A model generated the notes under the pieces. It was not told the DNA's origin and did no database searches. It saw only the letters and a program-made list of their open reading frames with translations. This document shows positions 50,308 through 60,300 of a stretch of 62,544 bases of DNA, in pieces (positions within the stretch are counted from its first letter, which is position 1; each line of letters starts with the position of its first letter). A program made the position numbers and the translations under genes. This stretch comes from Pseudomonadota bacterium (lineage in GTDB: Bacteria; Myxococcota_A; Polyangia; Polyangiales; DASUME01): assembly GCA_041179425.1 (NCBI GenBank), contig JBEGTL010000001.1, positions 1 through 62,544 of the forward strand, in the 5' to 3' direction.

Positions 50308-50695
50308 GTGTCAGCGCGTGCGCGGGCTCCAAATGTCCCATGCGATTCGTCGAGCACGGCGGGCGACCTGAGGCGCAGCGCCGAGCAGACGCAGACCGGA
50401 CGCGGCGTGATCGTGGCCCACATCGACTGGGGCTTGGACTTTGCGCATCCCGACTTCCGGCATCCAGACGGGCGCACGCGCGTGCTTGCACTGTGGGATC
50501 AGACCTGCCCCTACGACGCGCGGTATCCCAACCCCTCCAAGCTCGGTCGCGTCTATCGAAGCGCCGAGATCGATCGCGCACTCGCGACGTCCGATCCGTA
50601 TCGTGCGCTGGGCTACGACCCAACGCAGTCCGATTCTGGCAAGGGCACGCACGGCACGCACACCATGAGCATCGCGGCGGGCAGTGGGGGGGGCA
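50308..50695 (+). CDS. N-terminal segment of a subtilisin-family (S8) protease carrying the catalytic Asp and His; the frame is lost at the G8 tract
   Basis: TGRGVIVAHIDWGLDFAHPDF carries the Asp and GKGTHGTHTMSIAAGSGGG carries the His. After the G run this frame turns into Arg-rich junk and the S8 sequence continues in frame +2. GTG start at 50308. Confidence 0.6.
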
Positions 50696-53600
50696 CAGCG
50701 ACCGAGCGGACTCGCCCCGAATGCAAGGCTCGTCTTCGTGCAATTCGCGACGACGCTGCCCAACGCACCCGCGCTGCTCGGCGACTCGGTGACTCTTCTC
50801 GAGGCACTCACCTTCGTCGAGAGCGTGGCAGAAGGGAGCTGCTTCGTGATCAATGCCAGCTTGGGCCGGCACGCTGGCGAGCACGACGGTTCAACCCTGA
50901 CCGAACAAGCCATGGACCACTTTTTGTTGGCGGCGCCAGGGCGCGCGATCGTGCAGAGCTGTGGCAACTACTTCGACCGCGGTATTCATACGAGCGGCGT
51001 ACTGAGACCGGGTCAGACCGAGCGGCGGCGGATGCTCGTCGAAGAGGGCGACCGCACGCCCAACGAGCTCGACCTGTGGTATCCGGGTGCGGATCGCTTT
51101 CGTGTCACGGTGCGCGGCCCTGGTCGCGTTGGCGAGGTCAGCGTTCGTGGCGACGAGCAGGCCCTCGTCGTGGTCGATGGGCAAGTGCTCGGCCGGCTCT
51201 ATCATCGGCTCGGCGATCCCAACAACGGCGACAACCAGGTCACGCTGTTTCTCTATCGCGGCGCACCCGCCGGGGCATGGGAGGTCGAGCTGTTCGGCGA
51301 AGACGTCGTCGATGGGCGCTTCCACGCGTGGGTGGAGCGCGACGCCGCGTGCGCAGGATGTCAGGCCCGCTTCGCGCCCGAAGATCGCGATCCGACCGGA
51401 ACACTAGGCACGATCTGCAACGGCCTGCGCACGCTGGCCGTTGGCGCCTACGACGCGCATGACCCGCGGCGCCCTCTCGCACGCTTCTCGAGCGCCGGCA
51501 GGACGCGCGACGGTCGTGAGAAGCCGGACCTGGTAGCACCCGGTGTCGCCATCCTCGCGGCGCGTTCAAGACCACGTACGACGAGCGAAGAGGCCGCGCT
51601 GCTGACGCGCATGTCTGGCACCAGCATGAGCGCGCCCCACGTGACTGGCACGATCGCACTGATGTTCGAAGCCGCCGGCAGGCCGCTGCGCATCGAGGAG
51701 ACGCGCAGCTTGCTGCTGGGGCACTGCGACCCGAGCGAGAGCACGCTCGATCTCGATCAGTATCGCCACGGCAGTGGCTATCTGAATACGGACGCAGCCG
51801 TCGCTGCGACTCTGCACGCCGCGCGCACGAACCGATTCACAGCACGCACCGCCCAAGGCACCGCACCACAACTTTCCCCTCGTGTAACTGATTGGAGGCA
51901 ACTTCCGATGGACCCAAACAACAGCGCGAACTCGAGCTCCGGTGTGGCGCCAGAGCACGACGCAGAGGCCCGCTCCGACGAGCGCGGTACAAAACAAGGT
52001 AGGACCTCGAGGTTTCAGCCTTCGCCATTTCAGTTTCAGATCCCGCCCGCGGGCGGACCTCCGGCACTGGGCATTCCGATTGGCGGTCCTGGATCGCCGC
52101 TGGGCTTTTCGATTCCGCTTGGCGGCGCGAGCCTACAACCCGCGGCGCCCGCGCCAGTGGCGAGTGCAGCGCCCAACGTCACGGGCTCGGTAACCGTCGG
52201 GGCGGCAACTGCTCTCGGGGCCACGCCGCCGCGTATGGGTAGCGAGCTCGAGCCGGTCGCGGTGGCGACGTCTGAGCCCCTGTACGCGCCGCCCGCCCCC
52301 GAGTGGATGGAAGCCGAAGAATATGAGATCTCACAAGAGCGTTCGGGTCTCGGCTCGTCCGAGCCCGCCTTTGGCCAGCGTGTGCTGGCCGCCGCGGAGA
52401 GCCTGATCGCCGCGGGCTCGCATGGGCGCACCGTTTCTTCGTCGGCTTTGCTCCGCGCTCTGTTCCATGGGCCGAACGCGCTCGCAGCTCCCGCCGTGCA
52501 AGCACCGACTGCCCCGCTGGCGCCTCACGGGGCCGCACCGTCCGCGACCGCTCTCTTCAAGGTGCTCGCGTACCCGCGGGCGTCGGCGGCCCGTCGCGGT
52601 GCCATCGAGCGCCTCTACGGTACGCGCTACGCCGTGTTGGCTCGGCCGGGCGATCCGTTGTCCAACATCGCGCCCGCGCCTGGCGACTTACTGCTGCGGG
52701 TCGCGCGCGGCGAGGCCTGGGGACACGTCGCGGTGGTCGCTTCGCCGGCCTTGTTTGCTCACGAGCAGCTCGTTGCACTGCGTCTGCAGCCCGAAGGCGC
52801 GCCACGAGCACTGCCTGGTCACTACCTGCACGTCGTCGAACTCGCGCCGATTCGACGTCTTGCCAGTGAGCGATTTGTGCGGCGATTGTGCGATGCAGCG
52901 GGCGTGGTGTTGCCCGACACACTGTGGCTGCGGCCGATCGATCCGCGCGCTCTGGGGTCGAACGAGCCAACACGACGAGTCGACACGAGGTCGTTCAGCA
53001 CGCATCGCGCCTCGTCCGAGGTCGGCTCGTGTGCGGTCTGCACCGAACGCCTCGGCGAAGACGCCGGAGCACCGGCGGTGCCAGTTCCGGCGGGCCGACT
53101 CGTCGTCAACCAAGTGCCTCTTTTGCGTGCGCATCGCGGGACGCGGCCCGATCTCATCTTGTCTTGGAATCGTATGCCGTCTGCTCCACGTGCCGTCGAC
53201 GTGGTCGTGCATCTACACGGCTTCTCGCGTGCAGGCGCACAGATGAGTCTCGAGCGCGACAAGGAGCCGATGTGCGGCCTCGACTTTTCCGATCCCGACG
53301 ATCCCAGCGCAGAGGGCCGGCGAGAGCCGACCCTGTGTGTCTTGCCGCGGGGTAACTTCTATGGCGGTCGCTCCGGCGCGGGGTACGACTTTCCGGCGCT
53401 GCTCGGCAGTGACGGCTTGAGCGAGCTGATTCGTCTGTCTCTTGCACAGCTCGCGGCGCAGCTTGGGCAGCGCGAGGTCTCGATGCGCCGCTTGATCCTG
53501 ACTGCGCACTCGGGCGGCGGCGCTGCGCTCATGGGGCTGCTCGCCGGCACCGACCCCGACGAGGTCCACATCTACGATGCGTTGTACGGCGACGCTTCGA

Positions 53601-56029
53601 GGTTGATCGCCTGGGCCGGCGCGCGCCTGTTGCGGCCCGATGCCGCCGACTCTGCACTGCGTGTCGTGTACATCGCAGGCACCGGCACGGCCGCCCAGAG
53701 CGAGCGTGTCGCGCGCGCGTTACGTGGCGCCATTCCTGTGGGCGATCCACGTGCGACACGCTTTCGTGTAGAGGCGAGCGCGCTCCCTCACAATGCGATC
53801 CCTCGCCGCTCTGGTTTTCGGCTGCTGCGCGATGCAGGCGCAGATCTGACGGCGCGGGTGCACACGCGCGTGGACCAGGCGCCAACGCGCGAGCACTCCG
53901 ACGCCCCGGTGCCAGAGCGGGCTGACGAAGGCGAGCCAGGCGAAAGCGACGACTCGTCCGACAACCAACACGCGGGAGCGTGGGCAGAGGATCAGGGCTT
54001 CGCCGACGACGATGGCCCGCCGCCGATCATCCCCACCAAGACACCTCTCGCGGTCCCGCCTGGAACGCCCGTTCCATTTGCCCCCGCGCCGGGTCCAGGT
54101 AGCTTCTGGCCCATCATCACCTCCCATCGTACGGGCCGCTCGGTGAGCTTCTTGGCGGACGACGGCACCACGGTCGGGCAAGCGGGCCGTCGTTTTTTTG
54201 CCGATCGCACGAGCGGCAATCGTCATCACGCGGGGGTCGACCTGTTTGCCAACTTGGACGATCGCGTGGTCGCGATCGAAGACGGTCAGATCGTCAGCTT
54301 CTTCGGGTTTTGCTGCGGTGAACATCACACCACTTTTGCGCTGCTGATTGCGCACGCGCAGCTGGTGGTCAACTACGGCGAGCTCGCACCGGACTCGTTG
54401 TCGCGCGCAGGCCTGCGCATCGGCTCTCGCGTGCGAGCTGGCGATCTCGTGGGCTTCGTCGGCCGCAATCCCGAGGGTAGCAGCATGCTGCACCTCGAGA
54501 CCTACGTGCCTGGCACGCAGGCCAATGCGCGCTGGCCGCGCGGTGCGGCGGCACCCGCGAGTCTGTTCAATCCAACGTCGTATCTGCTGCACCTTCAGCA
54601 GCACGGAAGAGTGGGCGGGTCCGCACTTCCGGGTTTGCCCACTCCGCTACCCGGCCTCACGCCTCCCCCAGCAGGTCCCTTGGCCGCGCCGAATCGTCGT
54701 AGCCCGGCGTACATTGCCTGGGTGCAGACGTCGCTCAACGCGATCGCGCACGCCGGCTTGGTCGTCGACGGCATCAGCGGACCCCGGACCCGAGCTGCCG
54801 TGCGCGCCTTCCAGCAAAGTCGCGGTCTCACACAGGATGGCATCGTCGGACCGCACACCGAGGCTGCGCTGCTTGCGAGCGGCGCGACTGCCCCGTTTGG
54901 CGCGCTACCGACGCCTGTACCGCAGGTGACGCCTCCCACGCCGCCATCGCCACAGCCACCACCGCCGCCTCCGATCTCGCCGCCGCCGCAGCCACCGCTG
55001 TCTGCTGAGACGCCGATCTCCGACGCACTGGTGCTCGCGGTGACTCCGCTGCAGTTCGCCAATGCCGCCAACATCGACGAGTTCTTCCGCCGTACGAGCG
55101 GAGCCGACTTCGTCGACTGGTTCAACGCACGAATCGCCGGAACTGGTCTCTGGAGTCGCTCGCGGCTCGAGCCGGCCCGCACCCCAACGACGGCAAAGGC
55201 TCGCTTCCGGCAGATCTGGGATCGCATCCCCGAGCTGTTTGGCACACCGACCGTCAACCTCTTTCAGTTCCTCTCGCTGATGAGCATCATCATCAACGAG
55301 ACGGGCGGCCAGATGCTCCCGATCTCCGAGCGGGTCGGTCGCCCTGGCCACCCGGGGATCGCGTACGCGTTCGATCGCATTCCGGGCACCAAACATTCCT
55401 ACAACGCTGGGGGCAATCGCACGGCGCTCCAGCTCTTCAACGACAGCGAGTTTCTGAACGCACACGGCGGACTTCCGCTGGCCGCTCGTGTGCGCGACAC
55501 GACCGATGCGCGCTGGGGAGGCGACGTCTATCCCCAAGGCGACTTCCCGACCTCGACCGATCCCAGCATCAGCGGCATCCTGCTCCAGGCCGACTTCTAC
55601 AAGTTCCGCGGACGCGGCCTGATTCAGACGACCTTCCGCGACGCGTATCGGCGCGTCATCGCGCACATTCAGAACCACGCGCCTACGCAGGCCGTCGTCG
55701 CTGACTTCAGCAGACGGTGGGCCGGTCGAAGCGCGGAGAGTATCGCGACGACCACTAGCAACGAAGACTGGAATCGCCTCTACGAAGAGACTGACCTGTG
55801 GGTGGCCGCGGCCAGCGTGCATCTACACAGTCAGAGCAAGCGCAACTATCTGACGCTACCGCTCGACGCCCGCACTCTCAACGGCAGACAAAATGGTTCC
55901 ATCTGGAACGTCGGGCGACAGGTAAGCGGCTCCGAGCGCTATGCAGACTTGCTGCGCGGCCGCGTGTTGCAGATGATTCGGGCGCTCCCGCTGGCCGCTG
56001 AGCGGCCGAGTGAACAAGCGGTGGGGTGA
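50684..56029 (+). CDS. giant multidomain hydrolase: rest of S8 protease + alpha/beta-hydrolase-like + M23-like + PG_binding_1 + GH19/lysozyme-like modules
   Basis: 1781-codon open frame. Motifs are SGTSMSAPHVTG (S8 Ser), VVVHLHGFS/LTAHSGGG, NRHHAGVDL, DGISGPRTRAAVRAFQ...DGIVGPHT, SIIINETGG and FYKFRGRGLIQTT. Pro-rich linkers join the modules. Confidence 0.8.
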   Translation: MGGAQRPSGLAPNARLVFVQFATTLPNAPALLGDSVTLLEALTFVESVAEGSCFVINASLGRHAGEHDGSTLTEQAMDHFLLAAPGRAIVQSCGNYFDRGIHTSGVLRPGQTERRRMLVEEGDRTPNELDLWYPGADRFRVTVRGPGRVGEVSVRGDEQALVVVDGQVLGRLYHRLGDPNNGDNQVTLFLYRGAPAGAWEVELFGEDVVDGRFHAWVERDAACAGCQARFAPEDRDPTGTLGTICNGLRTLAVGAYDAHDPRRPLARFSSAGRTRDGREKPDLVAPGVAILAARSRPRTTSEEAALLTRMSGTSMSAPHVTGTIALMFEAAGRPLRIEETRSLLLGHCDPSESTLDLDQYRHGSGYLNTDAAVAATLHAARTNRFTARTAQGTAPQLSPRVTDWRQLPMDPNNSANSSSGVAPEHDAEARSDERGTKQGRTSRFQPSPFQFQIPPAGGPPALGIPIGGPGSPLGFSIPLGGASLQPAAPAPVASAAPNVTGSVTVGAATALGATPPRMGSELEPVAVATSEPLYAPPAPEWMEAEEYEISQERSGLGSSEPAFGQRVLAAAESLIAAGSHGRTVSSSALLRALFHGPNALAAPAVQAPTAPLAPHGAAPSATALFKVLAYPRASAARRGAIERLYGTRYAVLARPGDPLSNIAPAPGDLLLRVARGEAWGHVAVVASPALFAHEQLVALRLQPEGAPRALPGHYLHVVELAPIRRLASERFVRRLCDAAGVVLPDTLWLRPIDPRALGSNEPTRRVDTRSFSTHRASSEVGSCAVCTERLGEDAGAPAVPVPAGRLVVNQVPLLRAHRGTRPDLILSWNRMPSAPRAVDVVVHLHGFSRAGAQMSLERDKEPMCGLDFSDPDDPSAEGRREPTLCVLPRGNFYGGRSGAGYDFPALLGSDGLSELIRLSLAQLAAQLGQREVSMRRLILTAHSGGGAALMGLLAGTDPDEVHIYDALYGDASRLIAWAGARLLRPDAADSALRVVYIAGTGTAAQSERVARALRGAIPVGDPRATRFRVEASALPHNAIPRRSGFRLLRDAGADLTARVHTRVDQAPTREHSDAPVPERADEGEPGESDDSSDNQHAGAWAEDQGFADDDGPPPIIPTKTPLAVPPGTPVPFAPAPGPGSFWPIITSHRTGRSVSFLADDGTTVGQAGRRFFADRTSGNRHHAGVDLFANLDDRVVAIEDGQIVSFFGFCCGEHHTTFALLIAHAQLVVNYGELAPDSLSRAGLRIGSRVRAGDLVGFVGRNPEGSSMLHLETYVPGTQANARWPRGAAAPASLFNPTSYLLHLQQHGRVGGSALPGLPTPLPGLTPPPAGPLAAPNRRSPAYIAWVQTSLNAIAHAGLVVDGISGPRTRAAVRAFQQSRGLTQDGIVGPHTEAALLASGATAPFGALPTPVPQVTPPTPPSPQPPPPPPISPPPQPPLSAETPISDALVLAVTPLQFANAANIDEFFRRTSGADFVDWFNARIAGTGLWSRSRLEPARTPTTAKARFRQIWDRIPELFGTPTVNLFQFLSLMSIIINETGGQMLPISERVGRPGHPGIAYAFDRIPGTKHSYNAGGNRTALQLFNDSEFLNAHGGLPLAARVRDTTDARWGGDVYPQGDFPTSTDPSISGILLQADFYKFRGRGLIQTTFRDAYRRVIAHIQNHAPTQAVVADFSRRWAGRSAESIATTTSNEDWNRLYEETDLWVAAASVHLHSQSKRNYLTLPLDARTLNGRQNGSIWNVGRQVSGSERYADLLRGRVLQMIRALPLAAERPSEQAVG
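50686..50693 (+). repeat. G8 homopolymer at the frame break of the S8/multihydrolase gene
   Basis: GCAGT-GGGGGGGG-CACAG. With 7 G the two ORFs fuse to give ...HGTHTMSIAAGSGGAQRPSGLAPNARLVFVQF, the expected S8 context. Confidence 0.8.
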
Positions 56030-56052
56030 GGGGGAGACTATCGGCGGACTGA

Positions 56053-57054
56053 CTAGAGCGTATCGAACTCTCTCCTGTCGATCCCATGCTTGCGCATGAG
56101 TCGGCCAAATACACGTCGGTCCTTACCAGCGCGCAAAGCTGCAGCAGAGACGTTGCCACCCGTCTCGGCCAGCTGCGCACGCACGTAGCGCGCTTCGAAG
56201 TCGGTGAGCACGGCACTGCGCGCGGCTCGGAATTCTTCTCGAGCGACACTGGCGCTCGCTGCCGCCGGCTCGCGAGCGGTGGTCGGCTCCAGCTGGATCA
56301 CGTCGGCGTCCGACATGAGGAATGCACGATGAACGAGATTCTCCAGCTCGCGCACGTTGCCGGGCCAGCTTTGCGCCTTGAGCCAAGACAGCGATGTAGC
56401 GCTGCAGCGTCTGCGCCCGGTACCGTGGCGCGCGCTGAGCCTCGCCAGGATGTTGTCCACCAGCAGCGGCACATCGTCCTTGCGAGCCCGCAGGGGCGGC
56501 AGATGGAGCTGTCCAACGTTGAGCCGATGATGTAGGTCCTCGCGGAACGTGCCCTCTGCCACGCGCTCTGGTAGCGACTGGTTGGTGGCCGCCAGCAAGC
56601 GTACATCGGCGCGACGAGCCGAGGTGGCGCCGAGCGGGCGATACGAGTGGTCTTGCACGAAGCGCAGCAGCGCCACCTGACCCTTGGCTGAGAGGCAGTG
56701 CACTTCATCGAGGAGCAGCGTACCTCCCTCGGCCTGCGCGACGAGTCCGCGCGACTCGCCGCGGGCATCGGTGTACGCGCCGGAGACGTGACCAAACAGC
56801 TCGTTTTCGAACAAGTTGTCCGGTAGCGCTCCGCAGTTGACGGGCACAAAAGGTTTGCTGCGTCGTGGTCCCAGATAGTGGAGTGCGCGGGAGAACAGCT
56901 CCTTGCCGGTCCCCGTCTCTCCCTCCAACAGCACAGGCACGTCGTAGCGCGAAAGACGCCTGACCAAGCGACACGCGGCCTTGATCATGGTCAACGGCCC
57001 GGCCTGGAAAGCTTTGATCGAAGAGGAGTTCGGCGACGGAATCATGTCGGCCAT
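56053..57054 (-). CDS. sigma-54-dependent transcriptional activator (AAA+ and Fis-type HTH only, no N-terminal sensory domain)
   Basis: Walker A is LLEGETGTGKE. The GAFTGA-equivalent is ELFGHVSGAYTDA. Walker B is LLLDEV, followed by WPGNVRELEN and the C-terminal HTH GNVSAAALRAGKDRRVFGRLMRKHGI. ATG at 57054; an upstream TTG at 57126 is also possible. Confidence 0.85.
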   Translation of the reverse strand: MADMIPSPNSSSIKAFQAGPLTMIKAACRLVRRLSRYDVPVLLEGETGTGKELFSRALHYLGPRRSKPFVPVNCGALPDNLFENELFGHVSGAYTDARGESRGLVAQAEGGTLLLDEVHCLSAKGQVALLRFVQDHSYRPLGATSARRADVRLLAATNQSLPERVAEGTFREDLHHRLNVGQLHLPPLRARKDDVPLLVDNILARLSARHGTGRRRCSATSLSWLKAQSWPGNVRELENLVHRAFLMSDADVIQLEPTTAREPAAASASVAREEFRAARSAVLTDFEARYVRAQLAETGGNVSAAALRAGKDRRVFGRLMRKHGIDRREFDTL

Positions 57055-57132
57055 CGACTTCGACTTGAAGCTGGAGCGCCTCGCAAACGCCAAGGGCGAC
57101 CGCGTACAGCTCACCATGTCAGGCAAGTTCTT

Positions 57133-57321
57133 GCCGTACGTTTATTACGGCAACGAAGAGGGCGTGCCCGCAAACGGCCTCAAGGTACGCTGAGAGTGCG
57201 CTCGACCAGGCAGCTCGCTGAGGTCCGTGCCGTGCACCAGCTCCACGGTGGAGAAGGCACCCTCGGCATCGCGCTGATCGTCGAACACCTGCACGATGCC
57301 GGGGTGGTTCAAGCTCGATGT
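57133..57321 (-). pseudogene. relic of a Ser/Thr kinase N-lobe (Hanks subdomains IV-V only)
   Basis: It follows the TGA of the large kinase directly and in the same frame: TSSLNHPGIVQVFDDQRDAEGAFSTVELVHGTDLSEL... It ends at TAA TAA (57127-57132). It has no Gly-loop, VAIK Lys or catalytic loop. Confidence 0.55.
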
Positions 57322-60300
57322 TCATGAGGCCACGATGTGGGAGGCGATCGCGCGCAGCACTGCAGGCTCGGGCATCCGCGGCACGCGGTTGTCGAAGCCG
57401 AGCACCAGCGCCGCCACCACTTGATCCTGGCCGTCTTGACGCGCCCAGAGCGGCGCCACGCAGTAGCGCTTGTTGCCCACCACCTTGTAGTTGGAGTCGA
57501 TCTGCGAGTTGACGTCCTCGGTCATCACCGTCTGCTCGTCGACGTCGGCGTCGAGCAGGTTCTGCTCGGCCCACAACACCAGCTCGCGCTCGGGCGAGTC
57601 GTTGCCCAGGTGCGCGGCGGGTTCACCCTCGGAGCCCGCCAGCACCACGAAGCCCTCGTCCGCGGTGGAGAGCTCCAGCGCCACCTGCAGGCAGCGGGTG
57701 GCGCGCTCGCCGACCTGGGTTTCCGCGTGCTGATTGAGCATCAGCTGCACGCGCGTCATCAGGTGATTCACGTTGTCGAGCAGCGCGCCATCGCTGTCCA
57801 AGGTCACGCCGTTGGGGTTCTCGGCGCGGTCGATCTGCCGCCCCAGCGCGCGGCAGCGCTCGATCAGCGAGGGGATGCCGAGCGGCTTGAGCAGCGCCTG
57901 GGTCTGCTCCAGCTCGCTGTGTGCCGTCGCGAAGTCGCGGCCGATCAGGGCCACTCGTGCCAGCGCGTCGTGCAACGAACCCAGTGTCAACGCGCTCTGG
58001 TTGGGCTCGTTGTCGGCCAGCAGCTTCGCCAGCTGTTCGCGCGCCAGCGCTAAGCGCCCGAGCCCCGCTTCGGCGAGCGCGAGCTCGATCGGCGCGTTGA
58101 GGCCCATCGCCACGTACTTGAGGTCGTCGGGCTCCAGCTCGGACATCGCGTCGAGGCAGATCGCACGCGCCTGCTCGTGCTGGCCGAGCTCGTTGTGGGC
58201 GCGCGCGAGCACACCCCGGCTGCGCCACCAGCCCACGGCGCCGTAGCGCTCATCCACGGGGCCAGCATCGGAGAGCTCGATCGCTTGTGCGTACTTGCCC
58301 CGCAGCACCAGGTACGCCACGCGCGCAGCGCGCTCCTGCACGTGCAGCGAGGGGATCTCCGCGCTCAGCCTGCTCAGCTCCTGCACCGCGCGCTTCATCA
58401 CGGAGGCATCGTGGGTGCGCAGTGCGAGCTTGGTGGAGTCCGCGGGAGCCCAGCTCTCCACTTGCCAGGCGCTGCCGAGCTGCACCGCGTGAACCTCCAT
58501 ACGCTGGCGGCAGGCCTCCGCGCGTTCCGTGTCGCCTTGCCCGGCGAAATGGCTCTTTCGCAGGTGCTCCGCGACCATGGCGAACATCGGGCCGAAGTGC
58601 TCCAGCTCGTCGGCGATCGCAAGCACGTCCGTGGAGTCGCGCCAGCACTCGATCACACCCAGTGCGAACAAGCAGCCGGCCTGGTAGCTGCGCCGCACCT
58701 GGTCGGGGAACTCGCGGATCGGAGCTTGCAGTCGCACCATCAGCGCACGTACCTCGCGCACCGAGCGCGCGGGATGGTCGCGCACCTCCGTCTCCAGCAG
58801 CTTGCTGAAGTCGTAGACCACGCTGGTCGAGTGGTCCGACCCGAAGATCGTGAGCGGCTCGAGCAGCTCGGCATAGCGGGCCGCGCGGTCGGGATCGATG
58901 CACACTGCCGCCGTGCACGTCAGCGTGGACACCGCCGTCATCATCGCGCGCACCTGGTGCGCTAGCGGGAGCGCGCGCTTTTTGCGCACCGCCAGGCTGA
59001 AGCCTGCCACCACCAGCGCGACGATCATCGACAGCTTCTTGCCGAGCCAGGGCGTCAGTGCGCGCGCCATCGGCAACCGGAGCACACGTTGCTGGGTAGT
59101 CAGCGCCAGGTCTCCGTAGCGCTCTGCGTAGCGGCGGTTCGCCACGTAGCCTGCCACCGCCAGAATGGACAACGGCCCGCACAGCACGTAGTAGTCCGCG
59201 CCTGCGTCACGCAGCAGCAGGTAGACCTCTTCCAGCATCGCGGCGTCCCGCGCGACGATCGCCAGGTCGCCACCGGCGTAGACTGTCATGGCGCGGTTGA
59301 GCGGGGCATACGCGGCGGCCAGCTCACGGGCGCGCGTAAGGTGCGCGCACGCTCGCAGCTGGCCCAGGGGCTCGTGCGAGTCGCCCGACGCGAGCAACAT
59401 CCGTCCCACCCGTGCGTGCACGGCCAGCCGCTCGCTGGTGGCGAGCTCGCCGTGCAGCGCCTCGCGTAGATCCTGATGGGTGGTCGAGTAGCCGATGCTG
59501 TCGTCGCCGCGCAGCACACCTGCCCGCTCCAGCACCTCGATCAGCGGGTGCAGCTGGTCCGGAGCGAGCGCAGAGGCGGCGCTGGCCTGCTCGAGGGTCC
59601 AGTTGCCGGAATGCGGAACGCTCAGCTGCTGTGCCAACAGGCGCGCCGCAGTGGGCAGGCGCTCGAGCCGCGTCAGCAGACCGGCCTGGCGACTGCGCGG
59701 CAAGCTGTCGGCATCGAGCTCGGTGGGCAACACCCAGCCGCCCTCGACGTAGCGTGCGAGCCCGCTGTGCACGACATGTTGCGCGAGCTCCAGGCAATAG
59801 GCGGGGTTGCCCTCGCTGTTGCGTTGCAAGCGCTCGGCCAGGCGGTCGAGATAGGGTGCGTCGCCGAACACCGAGTGCAGCAGCTCGTACGTCTCGGCGG
59901 CGCTCAGCGGCAGCAGCCGAAGGCGCGTTGCTTGCCCGCGCAGGCTGGTGATGGCGGGCGAGAGCTCGCGCTGTGGGTCGCGCACGAGCGAGGTCACCAA
60001 GCACAGCCGCAAGGAAGCGACACCGTGCGCGAGCGCGGCGAACAGCGCCTGTGACTCCTCGTCGATGGCTTGCAGGTCGTCTACCAGCAGCACCGTGAAG
60101 CGCTCGCGTACCAGGCTGGAGAACACCTCGAGCAGCGCGCTCTGCAGGCGTACGCGCTCGTCGGCAGCGCTCTCCGCCAGCTGCGAGAGGCGCCCCACAC
60201 CCAGCAGCTCCCTCAGCGCGGGTGAGACGTGTGCCAGCACGCTCGCGTGCGGGGCGGTGGCGGCACGGGTCGGCTCCGGTAGCGTGCGGAACCACTGCGT

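Noticed and set aside
56981-57193. A 70-aa + strand ORF that reads quite protein-like (IDFDLKLERLANAKGDRVQLTMSGKFLPYVYYGNEEG)
   Set aside because: Its third codon positions coincide with those of the - strand frame that carries the sigma-54 activator N-terminus and the kinase relic, so its high wobble GC is inherited. It overlaps the well-supported activator start, and I cannot assign it to a family. I treat it as a shadow ORF, with some residual doubt.
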